A stretch of DNA of 64,000 nt, from assembly GCA_024137785.1 (NCBI GenBank), contig JAHRHZ010000025.1, positions 22,986,219 through 23,050,218 on the forward strand. The letters are read 5' to 3'. The notes under the pieces are model-generated. The model did not search any database, was not told the DNA's origin, and saw nothing but the letters and a program-made list of their open reading frames with translations. Origin of the DNA: Ginglymostoma cirratum. Its lineage: Eukaryota. This document shows, piece by piece, positions 1-10,827 of the stretch. The position numbers and the translations under genes are program-made. Numbering within the stretch: position 1 is the stretch's first letter; every line of letters begins with the position of its first letter.

Positions 1-109
1 AGATCATTTAAGATTCTAACACCCATGTCAGTCCTTGAATCTTCCACAAACTTACAGTTTAATTGCTCCATCTTAGGAAAATTGTGACAAGCATCAGCAC
101 AAGCCTATG

Positions 110-231
110 ATAATAGAGATAACAAGGTGTAGAGCTGGATGAACACAGCAGGCCAAGTAGCATCAGAGGTGCAGGAAAGCTGACGTTTCGGGCCTTGACC
201 CTTCTTCAGAAAATCTGCAGTTCCCACTATC
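110..231 (-). mobile_element. Short non-autonomous PLE terminal-repeat element with minimal hammerhead ribozyme
   Basis: Minus strand reads TTTT-CTGAAGA-A-GGGT-CAAG-GCCC-GAAAC-GTC-AGCTTTCCTGCACCTCTGATGCT...GTTATCTC. Flanked by the 16-bp direct repeat TCAGCACAAGCCTATG (94-109, 232-247). Same family as 9027-9124, 16263-16393 and 23588-23670. Confidence 0.85.
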
Positions 232-429
232 TCAGCACAAGCCTATGCCCTGGAAAACCCCACGAGACAGCATTAATAGCAATCCTCAGGCTTGGGAAAT
301 GCAACTAATTCCTCATTTGACCCAAGTTTTGCCAGGTAATCCCAGAGTGCTCCAATTTATTGGCCTGTCAAAAATGATATTTGTGAATTCAGGTATTTGA
401 TATCAACTGGTTGAACACACCTCTTCGGC

Positions 430-720
430 CAGTAAAGTGTCCTGGAAAAATTGAAACTGGTTGGTATGATATGATCTCATTTTTCAGAAGCTATGTTGAA
501 AATTTTCAAGGACTCTTGGTCTATTTGGCTACATAGAGCATCTTTGATTATGCCCCCTAACAACATGTCTGCAATTAAATTCAGGCTAATGGGCCTGTAA
601 CTTCCTGGTTCTGATTGTTTGCCCTTTACGAATGCCAGCAATGTTCTTCCTCCAGACCAAGGGAACAATTCCAGACCCGAGAACACCTTTTGGTGTATGG
701 ACTAGCGGCTCCTGAGCTCA
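430..720 (-). mobile_element. Degraded CR1-type LINE ORF2 (N-terminal RT) fragment
   Basis: ORF 477-686 contains KGKQSEPGSYRPISLNLIADMLLGGIIKD, matching the CR1 RT motif KKG.K..PGNYRPVSLTSVVGKLLE.IIKD. Confidence 0.75.
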
Positions 721-819
721 GTTTCTATTTTTTGGTGCACTCTCAAGTAAACATAATCACTGCCAGTATCGCCATTTGTTTTGAGACATTATTCTCTACA
801 ATTTTCACATCTATAAAAG

Positions 820-1320
820 ATTCACAGAACTGTTACAGTTCAAAGAAGGCTATTTGGTCTACAGTGTCTGTGCCTGCTCTTTCAGCATTATATCTAAGTG
901 CCAATTTCCTAGCTTTTTCCCATAATCCCGAGCATTTTTTTCTATAAATAATCATTCAATACCTTCTTGAATGCCTCACTTGAACTTACCTCCCCCACAA
1001 TTCCAGGCAGTGCACTCCAGACTCTAACTACTTGCTGTGTGAAAAAGTTATGTATTGTCTCACGTTTTCTTCTTTAGCAACGCAGTTTAAATCTCTGGTT
1101 CTCTATCCTCATATGAGTGGAAACAGTTTCTCCCTACCTCCTCTATCCACACCTCTCATGGTTTGGAAAACTTCTATCAAATCTCCTCTTCACCATCTCA
1201 CTCCCCACTTCTGTAATCTTTCCTCCCAGCTGTATTTTCTCAGCCCTGTCATCATTCTCGTAAACCTCCTCTCTACTCTCTTCAATGTGTTCACACCCTT
1301 TCCAAAAGCTGCCACAAAGT
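820..1320 (-). mobile_element. Degraded CR1-type LINE 3' end
   Basis: Reverse complement resembles the CR1 ORF2 C-terminus and 3' UTR (FFTQQVVRVWSALPGIVGE-like). Similar to better-preserved copies at 33300-33775 and 59701-60085. Confidence 0.7.
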
Positions 1321-1899
1321 AACCATTTAAAAGTACACCATATCCGAGAAGTCCATCTTAATCAATCCCAAGCACAGAAAAAACATAGGCAGGAGAATGA
1401 ATATTTTAAGTGCATGTTTTTTTTCTCTAACTAATACAACCGTCTTATCATGTTCTTGAAGGCAAGGTAACTCGGAACAGGATTTTGCCAGTTTCACTTT
1501 ATTCTTATTATCTTTTCTAATAAGATTCTCTAATGACTAGCTTAATTTTATTGTTGGTATTGGACCTAATCAACTTTAGGCAAGGTAAAATTCTAAATGG
1601 CCATTTGATTCATTCTGTCAAACCTATTACCCTGAATGAGGATAATCTAACTTTTAAAAGTCCTGACACCATACTGCTACAATTTGCAAACGTACAGTAC
1701 TTTATGGCAAGAAAATGGTGATCAAACTTAAAGTGACTTATGTAACCCCCCCAACATTTCAACACCAACAGATCTTCACATTACTATCTTCTGAAAAAAA
1801 ATCCACTATGCACCTGTTTTCAAGTACGAATTTCTCAGTGTAAAATTTACAGAAGACAGACAGCAATAAACAGAAACCTTTTGCAGGTAATTTGGATGG

Positions 1900-3000
1900 T
1901 CATTGGGATTAGTGGGAGGTGGTGGTAGTAGCGGACGTCAGGAAAGTGGGATTAGTTTTGCATTGTTCTAACAAAGAGGCAGCAGTGAAACGATGAAGTG
2001 AATGATCTCGTTCAGTACCGTAAATGTCAATGGTTCTAAATTTAAACAAGTACAGATTCTTCACGACACCTTGCCAGAGGATTCCTCTCAGTAACACAGT
2101 AACCTTTCTGTTACTTCACAAATTATTTAAATTTGCATGTTAAAATCCACTTGAGGAGACAACACGTGGTTCGATTAAAAATCGGAGTTTATTTTTTGAT
2201 ATAGTTTGCTCTACGTGGTGATATATATGTAACATATTTGCAGATTACTTATAAATCTGTCTGAGCAGGGCTGGAATGTGTTTGGAATGATAACAAAGAA
2301 CTAAAGCATTTGTGACAGGACTACCAGGAGCTAGTGGTTCAGTTCAGATGAAAATGTTTCATGAGGCAGCACCTAGGAGAAAAGCAGCGACAGTGACAAA
2401 TCTGTTGCCCTGAACAATCGATAATCCAGACTGGTTATCCTCTATAAACTGCTCTGAACGCCAGGCTGGGCACATTTGCTATAATTACCTTGTCAAAAAA
2501 CTGCAGGCCCGCTGTTGACTGCTGTATCAGTCAGCCTAGGGATGATTGACAGCTGGTTTACATGGGGGCTGCTGTGATTGACACCTGGTTTAGGTGCTGC
2601 CACAGGCTGATTCCAACTCCCACTGCCACCTCATTCAGCGTGAACAACGCTTGTCGCTGCAGGAAAATCTCAAAGCCGTCTACACGCGTGGACTGATAGG
2701 TTGCCTGCGGAAGCTGGGGTTCAGCAACGACTACATTTCCTCAACCAAGTTTTTTATTTTAAAGAGAGGCAAAGTCACATTATTTGCAATCTTGAGCTCC
2801 CTCACTGAGCAGACTTGTGGACGGCAGAAAAAAAGTTGTCACCGTCAGGACCTGAGAGATTTTCGTAGGCTACGGTGAACATTTCTAAAAATATTAACTG
2901 GAAGGACTCACAAACTATAAGAATGCGACCTCTTAACCAAAATGCCCTCAGGACAAGAAAAGAAAGTTCACTTTAAAGTCTTTTTGTCACGTCAATGATG
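1900..3000. promoter_or_regulatory. CpG-enriched putative promoter, possibly bidirectional
   Basis: Visibly more CpG than the rest of the non-repeat sequence. CRE-like GACGTCA (1934-1940); two PBX/PKNOX-MEIS decamers TGATTGACAG/C (2543-2552, 2575-2584); ETS core CGGAAG (2708-2713); ZNF143/THAP11-like ACTACATTTCC (2730-2740); imperfect X-box GTTGCCCTGAACA (2404-2416). Outward-facing splice donors at about 2489 (minus, AAG|GTAATT) and 2874 (plus, ACG|GTGAAC). Confidence 0.55.
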
Positions 3001-3304
3001 TAGCGACAGTTACTTGATCCCAGACAAATGTTTAATTTGTTTCAAACTGAACATTGCCTTGTTTGCCACTAGATGTCAAGAGTGCATTCGCTCTGGCACT
3101 CATAAGCAAATGAGAGTCATTCAGTGGCAGCATCAGACCACTTCAGAATGTTATTCTGAACACATCAGATTTGTAGAGATTCTTTTTTCAGGCATTCTTA
3201 TTTAAACTCCGCTTTATTTGGTCTATTTTGCATTTTATGCTTTTGCTTTTTGTAAGGCTTAGCAGTGCTGAAAAACCTTCAAACTCCCAGATGCACATAC
3301 TGAA

Positions 3305-3600
3305 ATAACCACATAAAATCCATACAGTGTGGAAGCAGGCCTTTCAGCCAATTGAGTCCACTTCGGACCTCTGAAGGGCATCCCACACAGACTCACCCTC
3401 CCTCTCCCATCGCTAATCCACCTAGTCTGCACATCTCTGGACAATATGGGCAATTCGTCCAAATCTTTGGACTATGGGAGGAAACCAGAGCAGCCAGAGG
3501 AAATCTGCACAGACATGGGGAGAATGCCCAAGGATGGAACTGAACTTGGGTCCCTGGCACTCTGAGGCAGCAATGCTAACTACTGAGCCACTGTGCCACC
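3305..3600 (-). mobile_element. HE1-type (V-SINE) tRNA-derived SINE
   Basis: Reverse complement starts GGTGGCACAGTGGCTCAGTAGTTAGCATTGCTGCCTCA (A box), then GGACCCAAGTTCA (B box), the V-domain TTCTCCCCATGTCTGTGCAGATTTCCTCTGG and a LINE-like tail. Confidence 0.85.
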
Positions 3601-6329
3601 TGATAGGTTAAAGAATGATAATAGGTCTTTATCAGCCAGTACATGCTTTTTGTATTTCACCCAGACACAGCATAGCATGATTGCAGAAATAAAAAAACTT
3701 CAACTTACACCCACTCTCCTTTCTTCTCATTACCCTTCTCATTTTATACTTTGTATTTAGCCTATCCAGAGGGGCTGCGTTCTGCATTATTCTGAAGTGG
3801 GACTGATAGACTGGTAACTTGTTCTCAAGTTTCTGTCAATATTACTTGTAAGTGATGGCTGGGAATTTTAGCTGAGTGTCAGTCTCTATTTTAACCAGAG
3901 CTGATTCTAGAACCAACATGGGTCTGTCATAAAAACTTCTTTAATTGAGCACAATTTGCCTTACCTGTCCCTAGGGTCCTGTCAGAAATTATTGGTTGTT
4001 TTTATTAAATATGTAAGTAGCACTCAGTCAATGATAAATATAAATTTATTTTTTGTAAATGATTAATATTTTAATTAATAAAATATCAGGTGACTTCTCT
4101 TTTGCTTAGGAGCAGAGGATATATTGTATTATTTCTTTTGATGTGACAATGCAATAGTAATAGAACTCTATGTCATAAGTACTCCTATATCCCAGGAGTG
4201 TTAAACTGTCAGTTATGATTACATGTTGAGGGTTAAACCTATAGTCACATCTGTATTCTGGTGTTTCAATTCATAAATCTCAACATAATTTCATTCACGG
4301 GGAGGTATCTTTCCTGCTAACTCTGCAAAAGTTGAATTTTACTTGAAATCAATGCATTTTGACAAGCTTAATTCAATGCTAGTTTTAAAGACAATGATGA
4401 AAACACTAGCTATGTGTATGCATGAATGTATGCAGGTGGTGGGTGATCAGGGTTGGTATTGTCAGATAGTTTGTTGCATTCGCTGCCATGGTTCATTTAT
4501 TAAATCTAACTCTAATGTCCAGTTAGTGAAGTGCCATTCATCATCCAATATAGAAGTCAAAGGCTGGGAAGTTCTTTGAAACTGCCACTGCTCAGTTCCC
4601 TAAAATCAACAGAAGCACAGCGGAGACTCCAGCAGAATATCTTCGATGCATCTCCTTTCTGCTAGCTTTCAGATCCAGTTTGTCAATAGCTCAGAAGAGA
4701 AGAGTGAAGGTAGTAGAGGGCATGGATACAAACTCTGTCTTTGGACATCCTATGGCTGTTTCTTTGGTTATTCACACATTGTGTTTATAAATGGCTAGAG
4801 ACAAATATGGGAAATAATTTATTTTGAGTGTCAAAACTATGAAAAATTCCAATCTGATTCCTTGTTTGAATCATTCTAAATAGCACTGAGATTTTTGTTA
4901 CTGCATTCGTACCTCATTGTCCATTCAATGCACACTATTTGTGAATCATGAGTCAACACTGATATGAGAAAAACTATTTTCTTTAAAATACATATTTTAT
5001 AAAATAAAAATTGATGATTTGATATTGCAGTGTTTCCCCATTTATCTCTCTTGAAAGTTTTCATCTGAACAAATTAACACAGAAGAAAGGCTAACTTCAC
5101 AGATTAATTGCATGGTCATTTCTGTGAACAACTGGAAAAAGTCATTATATTTTAAGAAAAGCAATTAAAAACTTTGCTAAAGGCTAAACTTATGAAATTG
5201 GCTTAAAGCTCAAGATTTTTCTGGAAGCCAAACATATATGAAGCCACTTAAAAGCATGGTGCAAACTATGTTTTTCAACTTAGTAAAAGTGTTTATCTTT
5301 TTATCAGAGCCACTCGCATAAGCAAGTGCCTCTAATGTGACACAGGGCTGAAAGCAATTCTGTAAAACTAAAGCCTGATCATGCCTTCTACTAGTCCCGT
5401 CAAATGGCCAACGCAACTGTCCCAAACACTACACACCCAGATCAACAATCATCAATAAAATTTCCCTCCTGCTTCTAATCCAAGGAATGTCAAATTGGAA
5501 ATGTCGCAGCAAGAAAATTACATTTAGGTTACCCTGTTCTGTGTACTGTCAATGCTTGACGCTGACCTTACCGGTTATTCACCTCCATCATCTTGACACA
5601 GAATGAATTAACACAAAAAAGCTAAAACGACATCAGTGACTTGACCAATATTGGCAGTACATTAACTCAAGTATAGGTGTACCTGATCGGTATGTCAAGC
5701 CTTCATGCATGTGCTTATTACCTTCAAACCTACAGACGCAATGTCTGAGTTCATGCCTAAGATTTCATCTGCCAGGCATGAACATCACAGGGGCGATTTT
5801 TGTAGACGTTGGCAGGATAAATTTTAATAATGAATGATTGACAAGTATACAGAAAAGGGTATCAATCCGTATTAGAATATTACTCTGTTCTTGCACAAAG
5901 ATCTTGAAATATGCTACTTCTATAAAACAAAATTGGTCTAACATAGGGATATGAAATGGCCTCAAAAATGCCTGGTGTCAGACTGAAAAATCCAGATATG
6001 AAATTGAAATCCCTTCAATGAATTCAAATGAACAGGAAGCAAATCTCATGACACTATTCAAAGAATGAGGAGCCAAAAAGCCATGGGGTTTTCTTTTTGT
6101 CTCACCCATCATGCCCCCTTCAACCAATGTCTCCAAAACCTGATGAACTGGAGATTGACCTCATTGCTATTAATGGAATCTTGCTGTGCATATGAAAACC
6201 ACCATGCCTGCCTATGTATCAATATTTACAATTGTTTACATTACTTAAAAGTACTATATTGACTAGATTCTACACAACCCATCACAGCAGGACCATGACA
6301 GCCAAGCTCAAAGAATCAATGGAAACCCA

Positions 6330-6800
6330 TGAAAGTCTAAAGCTCCCCTGATTAATTTGCAGGGCAGAGGGCTGATAAGGGGTTTCCAGTCACTAGTTAT
6401 AGTTGGGGATGCTCTCCCTGAATGATTGATCCAGCAAAAGGTAATGGGGAGAGGCTCTTAAAGCCACCAGCACAGTCCATACCCCTTCTCCAACAAACCC
6501 CACTCCATGATCTTCATCCCACATCCATCCACCTTTGGGGTGAAGACCCAACATGATCCCAGGCCTTTGGTGGGGGCATTGGCTCTGTTGGCACTGGCAG
6601 CCAGAGATACTCTTGGCCTCTAATTGGCTGACAATTCTCAACAGGTGAATCTTGCACTGTGGGGACCTTAAACCGAGGAAAGGCCCAATATTACCAATTA
6701 AAGTGCCTAAGGGGCATTTGATTCTGTTAGTCAGGGTTCCCCACTGATTGTCCAATGAAGGAGTGAGAGCCCCATCAGCCTGACAGAATCCCACTCAATG
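6330..6800. repeat. Ancient non-autonomous dispersed repeat, probably Harbinger-derived
   Basis: GC-richer block sharing motifs (CTCTTGGCCTCTAATTGGCTGACAATTCTC, AATTAAAGTGCC) with 26815-27250 and 60655-61200. The Harbinger assignment is inference. Confidence 0.45.
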
Positions 6801-7829
6801 TTTCTGAAGCTCACCATAAAATGTCAGATCAGTGCAGGTTTCCTTTATTTCTTTAACAGATACAGATCACATTAATGTCTTCAAGTTAATTGCAAAATAA
6901 TCAGAATTCATCGTGCAGGGTTTAAATGATTTGACTTCCTTCTAACTATGTGGCAGCATATTAGGTTTTGAACAATAACTGACTCTCAACCAAAATTGGT
7001 CTCAAGGGTATTTAACTTTTCCTTTGTCACTATTTAATTCAGAAATTGGCCCATTGGGTAAATTCCTGTGAAGAGAAAAATGATAGTGAGCAAATGACTC
7101 TCGACTAGAGCAATCTATAAGTGTTAATCATTGTAAGTCAGAATAACACTGATCCAAGGTGTTGAGTAGTGTTACTCCTGGATGTTGAACCCAACGCTTC
7201 AAGGAGAAACATTTCTGTTTGATTCATCTAAACTATTTCACTTTTAACCCTTTGGGCTCTGAAAGTGTTGATCAAATTTCCAAAAACAGGCACACTTTTT
7301 CCCTTCAGGGAAATGATTTTCATCATTTTTTAATGAAAGACTGTACTGTATGAAGAATCAGAGCAAAGTGCTGAACTTAAGAATATTTACGGTGTTTGGA
7401 ATTTTAACAAAGCAGAAACAGATTGCTGCTTTGGTTTTAATTTTGGTGTCAAAATGCTACTGAGGTCACCAAAGGGTTCAACTATCAATTCCTGCCAACT
7501 TAGTTAGTTTAAGGCTATAAAAATACTGGAGGAAACAAATGCTGGTACAGTTTTATGGTCAGCTGATCCTAGCTAGACAAAACTGGACTTTCACCATGAC
7601 CCTTTATTCCCTGTTGATTCCCAACCTGACCTGCCTCCCTTTCTGCTTCCTTATAACCAGAAGCTGTTGGTAAGCATATCCTTTTCTTACAGCTACTGTA
7701 GTTTGATGATTCACTTCACAATTTGTCAAATGCTGGCAACTATTTCCTGACAAATACAAAATAGCAGGCCAAGGGTCACTTGTGTTCATCTCAATTCATA
7801 ATTCCCCATTGATCTTTGTTGCTGTCTTT

Positions 7830-8425
7830 ATCATTTGAATCCTACCAACTTAATGCACTTATGCAAGTGGTGGAGGATCAGCAGCAGATAACGCATGATG
7901 GATGTTGGTGAGAGCTGTGTATCTTGTGAATGAGATGGACCCCACTGCATACAAGTTACTGCGATGAGATGTATAAGTTGCAGACCCCCGAACCCTGTAA
8001 CAAACTGATTTACGCCCTGCTCTCTGTGCAGGCTCAGGTGCAGCTGGATCTGTGGGCATGCCAATGTTAATCACAGCCAGCACTGACAGCTGCAGTCTCT
8101 CACATGGGACTCCGTATGAATAAAATTATTCGCAATAATGGATATGAATGAATCTGTGCAACTGTCCAGGCAGAGGGAAAGCCTCCTGCAGTACAGGCAG
8201 CCACTTGCAGTTTTGCAACTTCGCTGTGCATTGGCTGATGCTGAAGTCCACACTGGCATGGACTCTCCATTACAGCAGACTCTCCATTCTGAGATAGAAC
8301 GAGATTCTTGTAAATCATGAAGATGTAACAGATCACATGACTCTGACATCAGTAACAGAAAACATGCCAGTATGTGAAGAGAGAGGTCTTAGACACTACT
8401 CCAGAGAGCTGTCTTTGTTAACCTG
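7830..8425 (-). pseudogene. Decayed C-terminal portion of a Harbinger-associated Myb/SANT-like ORF
   Basis: Overlapping broken minus-strand ORFs (SQNGESAVMESPCQCGLQHQPMHSEVAKLQVAACTAGGFPS; PTDPAAPEPAQRAGRK) resemble the low-complexity C-terminus of Harbinger Myb-like proteins. Candidate acceptor TTGCAG at about 8424-8429. Recognised by pattern only. Confidence 0.4.
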
Positions 8426-9026
8426 CAACATACAGACGCAAATAAAAGGGTATCACAGTACATAAGGACTTGACAAGCCTTACTCAGATGTATGGAGCAA
8501 GCAGTTCAGGACAGTACGTATACGGCTCAAAAACACTCTAGAGACCCGTATTCTCAATGCAGAAATAGCAACGCAGAAGAGAAAGCATATTTCCCTACTT
8601 ACATTGCCCTCAGTTCACTCAAATAAACATTTAGAATGTTACTGCTGTAGATAAAGTTTCCAAATACATTTTGTGCTGTGATTACTTTGTTTGCACTGTG
8701 TTATAAAACCCAGAATGGTCAATGGTTTAGACATTGATGAATTGATTTATGTAAAATTGGGTTAATGTGCCATATATGAATGTCAATAGCCTGCCCCCAG
8801 TGTATTAGTATATGCTTCTGAATTACGTGTTGTACTTACTACAATACAATTCCTTCAATGTTTTTAATCATTTTATGGTATTCAGTTTTTTCTCCTCAGA
8901 ACTAAGCTTAAAAGTAGCAAATCAATGATACCAGGCTTGTTTAGTACCATAATAACATTACTGATCATGTCATGTCATCAAACTCATTTCAATGAACAAA
9001 AGTAGAGAAGTGCACCTTTTTATAGA

Positions 9027-9124
9027 TTTTTCTGATGAAGGGTTTAGGCCCGAAACGTCAAGTTTTCCTGCTCCTATGATGCTGCTTGACCTGCTGTGTT
9101 CATCCAGCCCCATGCTTGTTATCT
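9027..9124 (+). mobile_element. Short PLE terminal-repeat element with intact minimal hammerhead motif
   Basis: TTTTT-CTGATGA-A-GGGT-TTAG-GCCC-GAAAC-GTC-AAG at 9027-9062. 14-bp TSD CACCTTTTTATAGA at 9013-9026 and 9125-9138. Confidence 0.88.
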
Positions 9125-10221
9125 CACCTTTTTATAGAGATGTGCTATACATGCTGCTTAAATACTCTAATTACTTTTGACTGAAAAGTTTGGAATATTT
9201 GCATCATATTCTTCATAGTCTGAGCTAGTTTAGTTGAAAGCAATAGTTCCTGAAGCTTTTTCTATTAAGTCTATCTCCAAGATGTTGACATGTGAGAGTG
9301 TTTCGATATATTTTGTTTGATGCTCACAATGATTGACTTAAAATTATGTGGATTGAAAATACTGAAATTGGAGCCACGTGAGAACCAATTGCTGTTCACT
9401 TCTTCAGATAACTGGAGTTGCAGTAGCACTCATGAGGTTGTACTAGTTGTGGATTAATTCTCCATGAGCACATATATTTGAGCAGGGCAGTTTGAAGAGG
9501 CTCTTGGCAATTGTTTACACAACAGAATCAACAGGGAACTGGAAACTAGCTGTTTCTGTTGTGTCCTGTCTGAGAATGAATAGCACATAATGGCAAATTG
9601 CCTCAAAAGGAACAGGAAAAAATTATGATTAAGCCAATTGCATTTAATTATAATGTCTTTAAATTTACAAAAGAAAGGTTTACAGAAAGAGTTAATGCTT
9701 TCACCCTTCCAGCATTGCATTGTGCTCCTTAGAAAATTGAAAGCTGGCGTTTATTGTTAGGGGAATAGATTATAAAAGTAAGTGATGTCTTTTGTAGTTT
9801 ACTACATTAACCCACGTAACATTAACAACAAAAAACAGGTTTCTTGTGAAGCAGATGTCTTGAATTTAATTTACAGCACAAACTATTTGTACAGCTACAA
9901 TATTACAGAGCTATAAACATAGTCCGGATTCATTGCTCACTTATGTTACGTTACATCACATACACATGCCTGACTGATGAAGCTGATTCCATTACATTGA
10001 GCAATTGATTTAATACGAGGCACATACTGTGATGTCAAGTAACTGTCTCTGTCTGGTCTAGAATCAATACCAGAATGCAACAATTCTCCTTTCTCTTTTA
10101 AAAAAATGGGAATTCTGTTCTGATAACATGCAAAGATACACACACTAAGGTTTTGGAGTAGATCTGTAGCTCAGGTTGTGGGTGTTGAGGTTGGTTGGCT
10201 CGCCGAGCTAGTTTGTTGTTT

Positions 10222-10263
10222 TGCAGACGTTTCATTACCGGGCTTGGTAACATCTTCAGTGCA
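10222..10263 (-). ncRNA. Minimal type-I hammerhead ribozyme motif in the PLE 3' terminal repeat
   Basis: Minus strand: TGCA-CTGAAGA-T-GTTACC-AAGCCC-GGTAAT-GAAAC-GTC-TGCA. Helix I is TGCA/TGCA, helix II is 6 bp, the core is intact and palindromic ACGT replaces helix III. Confidence 0.85.
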
Positions 10264-10727
10264 GCCTCCGATGAGGCGTCAGTGCATTTTCCCACCTGGT
10301 TTTTAAACTCTTGGGTCCGTTGAGATGGATTGCCTCACTTCCCGTTTTCCTCCGTAGTGGAATGTATATGGGGTCGAGTTCAATATGTTTATTAATAGCA
10401 TACTTCGTGGGGTGCCATGCTTCCAGGAATTCTTGTGTTTGTCTCTGCCTAGCCTGTCCCAGGATCTTGGTGTTGTCCCAGTCAAAGTCGTGGTTCTCCT
10501 TGTCCATGTGGATTGAGATGAGTGAGTATTGGTCGTGTCTTTTTGTAGCCAGTTGGTGTTCATGTACTCTTGTTGTTAGTTTCCTTCCTGTTTGTCCGAT
10601 GTAGTGTTTCTCGCAGCCTCTGCAGGGGATCTTGTAGATGACATTGGTCCTGTCCATGGCAGGGTGTGGGTCTGTAGTTCGGGTGAGCAGTTGTCGTAGG
10701 GTTGACGTGGGCTTGTGTGCCACTCTG

Positions 10728-10827
10728 NNNNNNNNNNNNNNNNNNNNNNNNNNNNNNNNNNNNNNNNNNNNNNNNNNNNNNNNNNNNNNNNNNNNNNNNN
10801 NNNNNNNNNNNNNNNNNNNNNNNNNNN
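10728..10827. other. Assembly gap (100 N) flanked by a 183-bp false duplication
   Basis: 10545-10727 is identical to 10828-11010, so the contigs overlap across the gap. Confidence 0.93.

Noticed and set aside
2594-2878. 94-aa ORF as a coding exon
   Set aside because: GTG start, no recognisable homology, and it overlaps promoter-like motifs. More likely promoter or 5' UTR.
1430-5630. Minus-strand multi-exon gene (e.g. MVSGLLKVRLSSFR or MMEVNNRTLGT joined to ENLIRKDNKNKVKLAKSCSELPCLQEHDKT)
   Set aside because: Splice sites are weak, several incompatible models fit equally well, and the peptides are not recognisable.
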